The position numbers were made by a program, and so were the translations under genes. A stretch of 63,959 nt of DNA, counting the filler, from Choristocarpus tenellus KU-1152 (Eukaryota > Protista > Phaeophyceae), in NCBI GenBank assembly GCA_964200185.2. It is 10 parts of 10 records of this genome, joined end to end, with 100 filler letters (N's around TTAATTAATTAA, not from the genome) between each part and the next. Parts side by side here need not be neighbours in the genome. Positions count along the whole stretch, not along the records: positions 36,395 to 40,843 come from CAXNAD020014494.1; positions 40,944 to 49,795 come from CAXNAD020004259.1; positions 49,896 to 60,937 come from CAXNAD020002549.1; 7 more parts are not named here. One strand, 5' to 3'. Position 1 is the stretch's first letter; each line of letters opens with the position of its first letter. The notes beneath the pieces were generated by a model, which was not told the DNA's origin, ran no database searches, and was given only the letters and a program-made list of their open reading frames with translations. Shown in pieces: positions 38,267-52,329 of the stretch.

Positions 38267-40943
38267 AGGAGTGCATCTCTGAGGGGCAAGGGATATACAC
38301 CACTGTTATCCTATCTTTTTTTTTTTATGGGGGGGGGAAGTGGAAAATGAGTCCTGGAGTTTTCCGCACTTGTAGATAACCTTTGTCGTGCTATCAATCT
38401 TGTATTGTAATCTATATGAGTATACCCGTATGAAACTCCATATTCTCCTATTTTTAGGCAACAACACAAGATTGTCGCTGTATGGGAAGGTCTTCGCTGG
38501 AAAGTCCTTGCTGTAAGCAATACCACAATACTTGGTCGGTGTGTGTTTTGTATAGATTTTGTAGTGGCTTTGGTGTGTAGTTTTTCTCTGTGTGCTTACT
38601 AAAACACCATGCACAACATAGATGAGTGCTGATCTATAAAGTAGCTCTGGATTTTTAATTACTTGTCATCATGTACCATAGTGACACACAGTCCCACAGA
38701 ACAATTGTAGCACAAACGAATATACAAGTTAAACAGTATACTGGTGGATAAAGGTCAAAAGTCATCTCCCGCCAAGTTGATATGAGAGTGAGGTCTTTCC
38801 CTTGGTTGACACAAGTATGCACAGCTGGCGTGTGGGCTGCGCGATAGTTACACGTGTACTCTTGTGTGTTTTACGTAATTATTGGTGATACTCAAATGTG
38901 TACCCTGGGGCAAGAGTGGATTGGACTACATACGAAGTATCAGGCTCGTCCATTGTATCAGGTATCTACCTTTGATGAGGGGGGATATTGATGCTTCCAC
39001 ATAAAAATAAAACCTTCTCAAACATGACTCAATACCCACAGTGTAGTTGAACAGATCGAGGTTGTACTGTATGCACTACTATATTTACCTATGTTCCAAC
39101 ACTCTGCAGATTGAAATGATCGAGGAAGGCGGCGCAAGAATCCTTTGTGCCCTGCAGGGCAGGTTTTGAGGCATTTGCTTGGAAGGAATGACCATCAGCC
39201 ATCCTCAGCGCGATTAAGAGTCAGTTGTATAAACGAAAGTATTGCCACATAGTCACTCGGACAATAGACAATTGTACACACAAAATGCATTGATATGGGT
39301 GTGAGAAAGGAGGGCATCAGTGTTCCTTTGGCATCTTCAAACCATGGTGGTATCCATGCTTGCTGTGGGGCATAAAAAAGGTGTTAAGGAGCCTGAAGAA
39401 TATTATCGTAGGAAGGGTTCTTGGCGAGATTCATCAGACGGATGTAAGGAAAGAGGTTGATATTTTGCAATTGTGTAAGTACCTTATCATAAAATTGTAT
39501 AATGATAAAGATGTGGTGTAAAAAAAGTTATCAAAGCGAAAATGGACTATAAAAACGAAAAATGAACTCGTCCGAGAATGAGACAGCGATAACACGATTT
39601 CACCACGTACTACCACCATTTTGGAAGTTGGGTCATAGTTATCTAATTAGATGGCACGTCGAGTTGTGTCTGCAACTTACATGACAATTCCCGAGAAAGC
39701 CAATACCAACTCATTCGCGCACGAAGCCCGATAGAGATATAGGTATAAATGGGGTTGCCCAGTAGTAATTGGTACATAATAATATCAAGCATGATCGGTG
39801 GAGCCAGCAGTCAGTAATATGCTGCATACTCAGTTACTTGATGACTATATCAAGTACCAATAGGTCCTCGTAGATTCTCACTTTTCTTCTTCTTGGTGCA
39901 GGTAGTAGGTAAGTTATGTATGTAAAAAGCAGATAATATTATGTACGTGAAAAACAATCCTATAGAGGATATGTAAGTTGTGCAATGCATCATGACATAA
40001 GTACTACGAAAAAAGCACCACGAAGGGGACAGCCAGCACCTAAGGGGCTGTGTGTAGAACCGGCCAATTCGACCTTAGGTAGGTAGCGAGGGTTTTCTGG
40101 TATGAGTGTGTTTCAAAACAGAACAGGAGTACTGCTTTGAGCAATGCTCTAGTCCCTTCTTCGAACTCTTAAGAATAAATTAGTGAAAGTTATTAATACA
40201 TTGTTAAATAGCAGTATAATGGTATGGAAGGGGAAACTCTACTTCTTAATAGTAGCACGTGTCACTTCAACTTGATCCGTATCGGGCTGTGACAGTCTGA
40301 GACCGAGTGCATATGGCAAGTTCAGTTCTTGACTCGGTTGTTATGCAGCCCGGTTTCATATTTCATCCCTCTTTTGAAACAAGATAATAAAAGCTCAACA
40401 AACATCCCAGCTCACAGTCCGTAACAAGGCTATAGAGCATGCAGGTGTAGAACACATGAAGACGTTTTAAATGTGAGTTAGAACCTTTGGTTGGTAGGGA
40501 ATATGCGAGGATTCCGAAAATAGTGTCATCGTTTTTGGTACGTTGATGATGAACTATGCTTGGCGGATTACGATAATTGAAATGTCCTACTTGGCTCATT
40601 TTTCCCAAGGAATGAGCCCAAACAACTGACAGGTAGCCAGGTTTAGGCCCTCTTTGCATTCCAAGCCATCTTTCTTGCCCTGTGCAATACACTTTATTTC
40701 GTTGCTTTTTGTGTGCAATAGTGGGCGTTAAATTGATGTTCACCCTTTCCACGCACAAGGTGACACCATATTTCAGCAAAGGCCCCTTTTGCAATGGTAT
40801 TGGTATGGCATCATTTTTCTATTGGGTCAAAGTATCTGGGGGGNNNNNNNNNNNNNNNNNNNNNNNNNNNNNNNNNNNNNNNNNNNNTTAATTAATTAAN
40901 NNNNNNNNNNNNNNNNNNNNNNNNNNNNNNNNNNNNNNNNNNN

Positions 40944-41632
40944 GTCGCGCCTATCCCCCTGCCCTGGGGCAGGTGCGGGCATGTCTGGTATCGACATTCT
41001 GCCTCCTGCACCCTGCCACTGGGCACCTGTTCGATAGGGCCTCTCTCCCTAGGGATCTGCTGACTATGAGCTTGAATTCTAGTGGGGAGATCTGGCATGC
41101 TGGTTCCAGAGGTTGAGTTGCGGCCCACGCGTTTGCCCCTTGTCCACACTGGCTCCCGTGGCACGCTAGGGCTAATGAGGAGCTTTCCCTCCCTTGGTGT
41201 GCCTCATTTGCAAGGCCGACCAGTTGTGTCCTGAAGGAGTTAAAACGAATCTTGTTGAGGAGGCGTGTGATCTCGTGTTGAGCCTTCCTTGTGATCCCGG
41301 CGTCATGGGCAGCTAGGATATGTACCTCTGGGGCAGGTGCAGGGGGTGTTATTCCCCCCCAGGTTACCCAGTCTTGGCCAATGATATCCGCAAGGTCTTC
41401 TGAGGGGACACCTGTAGAAAGAAGGGTGTAAATGGACAATCCTAAGGCCTGAATCGTAGGGCTCGTACAGATAGCTTGTGCGAAGGACTCGCCATGAGGC
41501 CCTTGCTGCCTTGCTAGGAGGGTGGGGAGAGTAGCCACCAGTGATCCTACAAAAGCTGCATGTTGGCAGTGTTTCATAGAGGAGAGGCCCAGACCCCCCG
41601 CACTTGTAGGCATCTGTGCCTATACTTGTTAG
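40944..41632 (-). mobile_element. CRE-like LINE fragment (post-RT region and zinc knuckle)
   Basis: Reads MPTSAGGLGLSSMKHCQHAAFVGSL...ISPLEFKLIVSRSLG...CPVAGCRRQNVDTRHARTCPRAG. Homologous to 55200-55870. Confidence 0.85.
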
Positions 41633-41874
41633 TTATATATTGTATGCCTTGGGCTGGAGTGTTACTGCAGGCGTAGGATTGCCATGTACATGTTTTCGTA
41701 TCCAATGTTACAGGGATAACATAGTGTTTAGAGTCACTTTGTCGAGGGTGGCAACAAAAAAATGTAATCCGCCCGTACTTGTACTTTGTATCTCGTATCT
41801 TATTGGTTGTTCAACCTACTTCTTGATGCCCCTTTTTGTGTACCAAAAGAGAATCCTCACGAAATATATACAGT

Positions 41875-42238
41875 TGTCATGGAGAGATCACCTCTTTTGG
41901 ATCTCTGACATTGGTGAGGATAATACGCGTGTCACATACAATTGCGCGCGTTACCTTTCGTGATTGAGGTCAGGGCAAGTGATGTGATGTGGGTCAGACG
42001 CACGAATGGCACGCGGTAACACCGACATGAACTGAGGATCCAAACCAGCAAATCCGAGATTGTGTTTTCTGTTCTGACTGGTCACAACCAATCACATTGA
42101 AGATTGATCCACATGGCACTCTTCTGAGGCTGTCAGCATATACCCAATATGCCTCAGTCTCATCTTTTACTTCCTCTCTGAACCTCATCTCTGGTGGTTC
42201 TCATCACCCCCCATCACACAGAATCAGGTCCCATTACA
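41875..42238 (+). mobile_element. Solo LTR, same family as 3055-3419
   Basis: Ends are TGTCATGG...CCCATTACA, flanked by CAGT/CATT (an imperfect 4-bp TSD). No adjacent PPT or internal sequence. Confidence 0.7.
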
Positions 42239-42860
42239 CATTGTTTTTTTTTAACAGCTAAGATAGAAGACAATAGCTTGTACTTTCAGTATTAGTCCTT
42301 GTGACATAGTTTTGGTTTCGTTCTGACACATCTGCAAAAAAATGTGAGAGTGTGAAACAGGTGGAAACTGGCCGACATATTCTTCAGACTGAAGGGGAAC
42401 GGGAAGAACTACAGGAGGAATGGAAGGAGGGGGACAGGGCAGAAGGGCAAGCAAGTCTAAGGTCTCTCACGAAAGGAGTGATCTCAAGAAGGGAAGCCAA
42501 CGAATGGGACATGGAAGCTGCACTCCATATCCTGATGTTGGTGTATCAGGAAGGTATAATGATGTCATATTAGGGAACAGGCTCTGAGGTGTACCTTATA
42601 CAGGAAGGGCACTTCAAAGGTATAGGTAGAAATGAGGGTGCCTATAGGAAGAGGGGTTTTTAAAAATAGTTATTGTTTGAGAAGACCCATCTCAACCAGT
42701 AATCTGGTATACCTTAAACACGCGCCGAGTGTCACAAAGGTATACCTTTGATTGGATTTCTTGTCACACAAGTCACTTTTTTGAAAGGAAGTGTATCTAT
42801 AATAATGTAAGAATTAGGTTAGGTTGGTCAGACATTGACCATATTTTGGTGAAGAGACCC

Positions 42861-45842
42861 ATGAACTGGCCCTTTTGTCCATCGTGTGGAACTGTGCTCG
42901 ACGCACCAGAGGCAGGAGATGTCCTTTGCGAGAATTGCGGTTTCCGAACGAGCTACGAAAGTGAGATGAATGTTAGGTTGTCACATTGTTTGTTGCTGGT
43001 CCATCCACTAAATTGGTTGGGTGCGCAACTGAATTACTCATCCCATTCGCATTCTTTCCCCACCTGAGTCTGACTTCGTTCTGTTTTTTCTGGAAGCGCA
43101 GACTTTGGGGTGATTGAAGTGGTAACAAGAAGCCAGGATCGGCCGTTGCCAGAGTGGGTTATGCAGCTTCAAAGAAAAGGAGAGAAACAGGGGCTTCAAC
43201 GAGCGTCGGTGCGTAGTGTTGGCGTTTGGCGAAGACTCCTAAAATGGGCTATATATTCCTATCAGATTGTCATGTCGGTGCCTGGTCAAGAATATGCTAA
43301 AAGTCTAGACTGCATCTCCAAATATATCCATATTTTCCGTCGTGACCTTGAAGTAGTGTTGTCTTAGAGGTTGACAATACAGATTCACCCTTGTCCCCCT
43401 TTCTTTTGTCTTCGTAGAATACGGTATTGTGTACAAAATCCTAGCCTCCATTCTTCAGTCTCGCCTTGTGAACTCTACAACTGCCCTCTACACTCCACTC
43501 CGATACCGAATTTGGCTTTGGTCGGCTAAAGTCAGCAGTACTTAAGCACCAGAGAGATCCACCCCTGCCCCCAACCCCGAAACATTGGCACGTCACCAGG
43601 TAATGAGAAATCAGTTAGAGAATTAAGCTCCTCGATCCTTCTCCTCATGAATAATATTAATGTAAATCCAATAGAGGGTCACACACCGTTGCCTGCGCGC
43701 TCATGGTGACTCGTTCACCATATTGCACACGAAGCGATATTGGAAGTTGTTGTGGACCAATTAGTTCTGGATGTGTATAAAGGGCGAGGGAACCAACAAA
43801 TAATTCTATTACAAATAGAGATGGATCAATGACCAGTAGATAGTTGCGCATCAAGTATATAGTTGATCGGTTAAGAATCATGACTACTAGTAGGCTTAGC
43901 ATCTAGAAAGTTTGTGAATATCTGGATGGAGGGTGGTTTTAAAGGTAAGAGCTAAGGCTGGATGGTATTGTCTTGAGGGGTGCGGTGTGTGTGTATGGAT
44001 TTTTAAGTAGAATGAAGAGCAGTGTATCCATTTGAGAAATCATTGTGTATTTCTACGATATTCAGCCTGAAGGTGGCATGCACAAAAGAACAAACTTGTG
44101 TGGCTGGGATGTCCATGCAGAGGATTTATGCTTACGAATATTTGGTATCTTTTGGTTGGAGTGAAAAAATGCTTTTGATATGTATGCCACAAACTCTTTC
44201 ATTAGCCTGTGAAGAGACACTAGGCAAGAATTGCTGTCATACTTTTTTTTTAGTGACCAAGTGCTCTCAACCTTGGCTCGCAATTTCAAGTATGAGTGCA
44301 CTAACAATGTATAGTTTTTCTCTCAATAAGAGAGATATTGTCAAGAGAGTAATCTCTTTTTTGCCAGCCATTTTCACAGTCTGTAATCAAGAGGTGAAAC
44401 CCTTTGGGGAGACTGGGTTTGTTTTGGAAATTGTGTACATTTATTATAAATTATATTGTATTATATTGTATTATATTATATTATATATACGTTATAACAA
44501 ATATCAAGGTGCAAAAAGAAGTCTGGGCTACAGTATGCTATTGATTGTTGCCTGACCTTTTAGGGTTAGGGTCAGTGAACTGAAACGCCTTCGATCCTAG
44601 TCTAGTCAACGAGGGAGGGAGTTTCCAAATGATACATTGGCGTATCTGAGATGGTGTGTATTAAACTAGATATTGTAATGAGAAGCCTACAGGCCATATA
44701 TGTTGACATGTGATGTGAGTGATACAACGCTACAATGCCAAGAGGGTTGGTTTGATATGTTACATGTGATGTTTTCCTTGTGGGATCATGGCGTACCACA
44801 TGGTGAAGCAACCAGGGTGTGAGATCTAGACTCAATCATTGTGCAATAGCACATACATATTCCCCCCCCTACCTTACCTGAGTTTCTGACTTTAGTGATG
44901 TTTCTCGATTCCTCTGGAGTACCTTTTTGGATTACAACACAGAAAAAGTTTTGCTGATTTCGATTAAAATTGTTGGCGCCCAGGGTTAGGGTATGGTTAG
45001 GGTGTGATGGTATAGGTGTAATGGTATGGATGTGGTGCCAAGGATGATCACCTTCTTTTTCTTATTGTAGGTGGGGATGAGGATGATTGCCCTCGCTGAT
45101 CTACGGGGATAGGGTAGCAGTGCTGGCAGAAGAGGGTTCCACAGTTTTGTCTAACTTGTTGGATGACTAAAGAGCTGTTGTAGTTTTCTGAGCATGGGTA
45201 AGAGGGCTGTGAAATGGGGCTGCTTTTTTTAGGGGTTAGGGTTAGGGTCACAGAGGAGTGACTGCTGTACCGAATTGTTTTTGTGTGTGAAGAGGGGATT
45301 TTATGGACTGTTGACTTCTCACTTCGCAGGTAGGATCAGTGCAGCAGCTTTGGAACATAGAGCAAAGTAAGCTTGTCAATGCCTTATTGCTATCCTAAAA
45401 GGTCATGTGCATACCCATTCACAATGTTTTGTCATATTGCATCTAATGGTCGAGGTATCTACAGTTGATTCGGAGTTGTACCATAGACGTTTGAATTATG
45501 TTCACATTTGTGTTCACATTTGTGTTCACACCCTGCCGAACCAAACACAGCATGCCATTATTTCAATGCTTAATTTTTCATCCATGTATTTTCCTTCAAG
45601 ATGTTCTCCAACGTTGCAATGACTCTTCACAATTGACAGTTCCTCCTCCCTGGAACCCCTGCACCATCCCTCCTATCTGCTTATTGGGAAACATATTGTA
45701 GGTGGAGGAGCCATGCCCAAAGTGTGGACACCCAGAAATGGAGTTCTACACCATGCAGCTGCGTTCTGCAGATGAGGGACAGACAGTATTCTACGAGTGC
45801 CTATCAAAATCCTGCAGGCATAAATATTCAGTTAACAATTAG
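42861..45842 (+). CDS. RPA12: DNA-directed RNA polymerase I subunit RPA12 (exons 42861-42960, 43102-43208, 45702-45842; 115 aa)
   Basis: N-terminal zinc ribbon FCPSCGTVL...CENCG. C-terminal TFIIS-like ribbon [32 protein letters not shown]...C. The ADEGQTVFY motif is typical of A12 rather than C11 (ADEPMT). Confidence 0.93.
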
Positions 45843-48800
45843 ATCTAACAACATACACCCTTTTTTGGTCCTTCCTGTTCATAGTATTATTTAGTAAGAT
45901 GTTTTTTTATTTCCCCTTGCAGCTGACTCTGCGTGACTTTTGTGCTAGGACACTCTTCAGGAATGTACTGAAGTTGGGAAGTTTATGCATATACACCGAA
46001 CAAAGTGTGGTTCTGCCCATTTGTTGTTGCATCACTGCCACATAACTCAATTAGTAAAACATGCTATCGGGAATGATGCTTGCCTAATACATTTTATCAG
46101 GCAGATTATGTTGTGTCTGTGTCACATTTTTCCTCTTCATGGAGTGTGTACACATCACATCCATACCATATTATTTATTTCTTGTCTGAGTTGTAGCGTT
46201 CTTATGGCAGCTTGTTTGTTGCACCTTTGTCCAATTAACTGTTTTTTTGAAGGATGTATTTCATTCTCAATGTACTTGTTGTACCTTTGATCCATCTGGC
46301 ATACCGATGAGTGATTTGTTGGCCAAGTTCTCTGCTTTCTTCACCATAACAGTCTCGTCTACAACATTGAGGGGCCACAACTACTCACCACATAATCCTT
46401 AGGTGCAGAGATCAAGCACATTGTCAGTGAAGAAATCCTTCAACGCAAGAGAGATATATGTTGACACCAAAATTACATGTTCAATGCAGTCTGGGGTTCC
46501 ATTATGTTGAAGGCTGATGATAAGTAGTCCACCACTACTCCATTTTCCAGATGAATCTATTCAGAGTGTTCCAGCCATGCAACCACTCAACTCCCTTGGA
46601 TTGAGTTTGCACCAACCTCAAGTTGGCACCACCTTATCAATTCCCAAGTCAAGTGATGCACATGATCAACATTATAGTTGAAAGAAGAATATATATATCA
46701 TATCAATCTAGAGAGGGCCGTCTTCCAAGAGGAGGAGCCTTTTCTCATGAATGATGACAAGTATTTCTATGTGGGCTGTGTGCATGTGTATATTCTTCAG
46801 ACATCAATTGTTTACTTGTTGAGTGTTGGGTCTTATTTGGACTTGTTGCTACTCCTGAGATAATTCAAATAGCATTATGTTACTGCCCACCATACCTCCA
46901 AGGTTGTAGTAAGAGCATGTAAAATACTGTGGATTCTGGTCTTAACTTTGACTTCCCAAACAACAATCCCTGAAAGACACGGTTAATGGTTGCTTGTAAA
47001 TTGTAAACGCCATCAGTGAAAAGGAATTCTAGATATCAAATATTTCAACTGCAAGGGTCACTCCGTTGAAGACTGCACTTACCTCAATAATACTGGTGTG
47101 AACTCCAGAAGGACTGCAACTGACTATAGCAGTAAATAACAGGCAGAATCTTCATTGGGTGGAAGTACAAACCAGAAATGACTATTTTACTATTAGGAAG
47201 CACCACTGACAGTGCTACTAACTTCAAACTGATGGACCTCTGTGAAGTGCAAGAGTATGAAGTATGTAGAATTGTGATCTATTGGTGTGTCTTACAACAT
47301 TCAGAACAAGTACATTTACAGCATCACAATTTTGTGTCCTAACCCTAACAACAGTCCACAGTGCTTGGAAAGCTGTGCTCACACCTGAACTCGAAGTTGT
47401 GGTCATGTCCAATCTTTGATCATACCTCGCTTTGCTAATAGTGCTGACATATTGTACTACTAGGCTCTAGAGCACCAATCAAAAACAAAATACAACAACA
47501 TTAATGAAGAAGACTTCGATTCTCTTCCCAACAGCCTGCTGCTATTCTTTGTGTGTGCATGACTATCTTGAGGAAAGACAGAATGCCTATTTTGTTCAAA
47601 TGTAGTAGTGGGGACTATGCCATACAAAAGGATGATTTGCTGCATGACAACGTGTACCCCTACTGCATATCGAACCCCTTCTCATCACTATAACATGTAC
47701 ATTGAGCAAAAAAAACGGTGGAAGGTTGTATACTGTTATCCCAAGGGAACCACGCATCCAGGGGGCCCCCTCGCTGTACTGGACGATGTTTCCTGCAATC
47801 ATAACTGGAATCCTACTCAAAAATTGACCACACATATCAGAGACCTAATATACAAACAAATGTTAAACTAGCAACAGTGTCAACAGGACGACCTGTGCAT
47901 CTACTCTTTCGCATCTCACTGTGGTCAACTGACTATCTCTGTAGCCTACTATAAGTACTGCAGAACGTATGAAATAATCCCTCCTACACAAAATATATTT
48001 CATTTAACAAGGGCCCTGAAGTATACCCAATAACACGACATCGGTACTCATCAATGGGAAAGAGATGAGCAAAACAGATGCAACTCCAACTGATGGGCAA
48101 TAAACAAGGCAACATCACAATTAAACAACAAGTGCTAGGGGTTATGTTGAGACGTTGGAGCAAGCAGTTGAATGCACCACTAGCTCTTGCCATTTACACA
48201 CATGCTTGCACTCCCAAGCATTGTTCTGCACATCCCTCAGGTATTGCCGTCCCCCCTCTGCTCTACCTCCGTTACCCAGAATCTCAGCCCCTGCATACAC
48301 ACACACACAAACAATACTCCCTGGCTTGATGCATTTAATCTGCAGCACCATAACCCCAACATTCATTCACGTAGCACAATCTTCTGAGCATTTTCTTCTT
48401 GTCCTTCCCTTTCTCCCCTGCCCCATCTAGTGTTGCGATAGTCACACCACCAGCATCTCTGAACAGTACAGAAGGGAGGATCACCCTCCACATGCCCTTG
48501 TTGCACTTCCTCTGGTGATGCATTTGAAGCACAACAAACTGTTGGGGGGCAGCACCAGCCTGAAAACATGGTCTAGACCGTGTACAACCCATGTGTACTC
48601 ACAGGAAGATATGGATGGCCAATACAGTATTGCATATAGTCAATTGGGTGTATAGCACCATTACACATCGTTTCTCTCATGTACAGCACGCCACTACCTC
48701 ATCCAAGTCCAAGGGATCGATTGATAGCCTCCTGCACATCAAAATCTTCATAGACACCCTTACGCCCTGATGACTGAGGGACTGCCTGCAGCAAGGATAA

Positions 48801-51727
48801 AGGTGACAACAAAAATCAGGGCGTAGAACATGATGAGATCGCTCTTTGCTAATATTGCTTTCACCACGTAAGTGGAAGATGTTGAACTTGCAATCAAACA
48901 AAGCCAATGGTTTGGCAGGCCAAGGTGACCAAAAGCTGTTCCACCCCAATAATCTACAAACGGTCATTTCACAGGGCGAATCCACCCCAGTCAAATGTCT
49001 TCGGATAAAATGAACCCCTTCACATTCCCCATTTTGATGTTCACTATTTCTAATAGGACATACGAGTGAAAGTACCTTAGAGGGTACGATTTTTGGTCTG
49101 TTTGTCCATTTGGGGCTTGGCTTCCCACGGGGTTTTTTATGACATTTTCCTACTCCAAAATGTTTCGAAGTAGGTAAAATGCATACGTTATGAAAAGGTG
49201 TGTCCAGAATGTGGATATTGACTCTTTCTAAAAAACACGATGGTCAAAATTACATCAAAATCGCAACATTGGATTGTGGTCCCCAAATGGACGCGGCTCT
49301 ACCCTCTAAGATACTCTGGTTCACACAATATTAATCTCTGGAGCCCCAAGAAATGGCCAGGACTGACTCAGTGGCACATGGTGGCAAAGTATAATACTGT
49401 GTTTCATGAAGGCAGGGTGATGTCTTTATCTACTAGCTACTAGATCTGTACGAAATATATGTCAAAGTATATATTTCAGGTACTCCCTGCTCTTGACAAT
49501 TTGGGCTAGAGGAGTCGACATGAATAGCATCAGATGTGACCATATATTCTCGCATGAATTTCTTCGCTCTCAGCAAGCATCAAAATCCACCATGAAGGGG
49601 TTAAGCAAAACTGCATCATACTTTAGGCAGACAGGAACAAACCCATCTCAAACAGTCACGAGTTTGCGAGGGCTGAACTTCAGCCTTGTGCACTCATATA
49701 AAGATCCCCACACAATGGAGGGAAGTTGTTTGCCGCCACCTAATCCAATCAGCACCCCACTGACCCAAAGTATCTGGGGGGGGGGGGGTCTACACNNNNN
49801 NNNNNNNNNNNNNNNNNNNNNNNNNNNNNNNNNNNNNNNTTAATTAATTAANNNNNNNNNNNNNNNNNNNNNNNNNNNNNNNNNNNNNNNNNNNNGCAAA
49901 TGCACTTTTCCCGATTTTGGTCCAAATGGACACCCTCGTGTAGACCCCCCCCACCCCCCCAGATACCTTGGGTCAGTTACTCACATAGGGACAAGCCTTA
50001 CGCAAAGGGTAAAGGGAAGGTCAAAATGACAGTCCTTATGAAGAAGAGGTTGGGAGAAGGTGCTGGACTGATGAGACCCTTCAAACATCCTTGTGGAAAT
50101 GACGGTAGAGATTTAGAACCTAGCCTTTTGGCAGACGCCTTCGCTTCTGCCAGGAAGGGCGGATACGCGGAAAAAAGCAGCGCCATGTACTACGGGGCAC
50201 GAGGATGATGACGAAACGTCCGCGCATGGTGATGACGACCGAGTGACACGGGACGCGGTCGACTCCAGCGATGCATCTGTCGTGGGGATCACCGAAGCCT
50301 TCACGGATGCATGTGTTACTGAGCTCCTACGATCAGCAACAAAACCCGCTTCGTCGCAGTACCGAGTACAAACCCAAATCCTTACCCAGGTCATATACAA
50401 CCATGGGTTCAGGCTCCAAAAAGCCGGCAGAACGGCAAAGGTCTTGTATTCGGGGATGACTGCTACGTCCATGAGCCCACACAGCTAAACCTCAGCGGTC
50501 GTGGAGGGAAGTCCAGCAGCATGTTGCGTCCGGAGCATGTGGAAACACTCCACGAAAGGAAGGCCATCTTCATGAGTCTCGTGAAGCCAGCCCGAACCGT
50601 GGAACGACAGGTACTCCATGCGCCTATATCTCTGCCAACTTCTAACCGAGGCATACCCCAAGCTTGTAGAGTGATGGGAGAAGGGTGAGGAGTGTCATTT
50701 CGATTCCACCTACCAATTGAAATAGGCTTCAGTCGTTTAAGTTATTTTGTTGAAGTACGGATCGAGTTACTTGTGTCTGATTCGTGCATCAGTGTACCTT
50801 GCCTTGGTATCCGACTACCATGTTCATGCAATTTCCGTTCGATGGGTTATGCATTTACACAGTGGTATCGGATATATTGCTACCAGTCAAAGGTATCAGT
50901 GTATCATATATGATGCCCATCTTGAGGGTTAGATCTGTGTTCGGGTTTGTTTAACAGAGCTTGTCCAATGCAAGGCTCAGACTACTAAAATTGAAACATT
51001 TTAAAACAACTCTTCTTCATCTTTTCCACTAAGGCTCCTATAAATTCTTCACCAAGGCCTGCGATGGATACGTTGTCTTCTTACAAGCCGCTGGTTATTC
51101 TATGAACACTACTACCTAGCTCTCCCCTCCTTCTTAATACTCTATGTACCATCTCATGCTTTGTCCAAGTGTCGACAAACGAGGGCCGACCTCGTCCTCC
51201 TTCAAATCTTGGAGGATCATATTCCGAAGTTCACGCCCGATGCTCCTAAGCACAACACCAACCCTGAGCCTATCCTAAACACGTGCCATGAACTCGACGA
51301 ATGGCCTGGATCGCCACCCCCACACACCGACACTAACCATAACCTTACCCTAACACTTACACTGAGCCCATCTGCATCCCGTGTCAACCTAAAATAGACA
51401 AGAGTCTGACCTGAATTATATACCAATGTCGTCATCGACCTTACTTACACCAAACCAACCCTAGCCCGTCAGGATTTATTCAACCCACTAACCCTAACCC
51501 AGAATCAAGGGAAGTATATCTTGAGATACTTCTAGCGAAACGTACGACAATAGACCTTGAACAATAACCATTTGTGAACACATCCAGACTCCGTCGACAC
51601 ATTTCATCAAAGAAACACTACACTAACCCGAAAGCAAAACCTGACCCTTTTCGGTTACTTCATGCCAACAACTTTAACCCTAACACCCTGAGCGACAACC
51701 CCGTTTGTGTACATACTAAGTCCGACA

Positions 51728-51960
51728 CATGCAAGCAAATACACGAAATTCTAAATTTAAAACAGTCCATGGTATATTTTTCAGTTCCTCATGCACACTC
51801 CGGGAGAATAGGCCCTAACTGACAGTCCTCTTTGAGTACATGCCAGACACGAATCATGCAAGCAAATAAACGAAAATTCTAACCTCGAAACAGTCCATGG
51901 TCTTTTTTTCAATTCCTCGTGCTAACACTGGGAAAACACACCCTAACCGACAGCCTTCTT
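51728..51960 (+). repeat. Tandem duplication of ~115-125 bp
   Basis: CATGCAAGCAAATA.ACGAAA(A)TTCTAA...AAACAGTCCATGGT...CCCTAAC.GACAG occurs twice. Confidence 0.75.
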
Positions 51961-52329
51961 TATGTGCTAACTAAATCCCACTCATGCAACCAACCAAATC
52001 AATAACTAGCCCTGAAACTACCAATGACATATCTCTCATTCTTCATCCTAACTGTAAGACAAACATACACCAACTAATAAGCCTGTTTGAACACATTCGA
52101 AATTCGACACATGCAAACCTCGAATCTCCTAACCAAGCCTATATAAATGATGGCATATATTCCCATTCCTCTTGCGTACGCAAGGACAGAAGGGAACCTG
52201 ACCAACATCCTTCTTTTTTTGGCCCATATTTCAAATCCAACACGTGCAACCAAATCACACCAAAAAATGAAAATCGAAAAAAGGGTGAAAAACGGACACC
52301 AGCACCCCCCACTCGATACTTTGATCCTC

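Noticed and set aside
46290-48790. Scattered minus-strand exon-like pieces (ETVMVKKAENLANK..., AVPQSSGRKGVYEDFDVQEAINR...)
   Set aside because: They contain in-frame stops, form no consistent chain and match no family I recognise.
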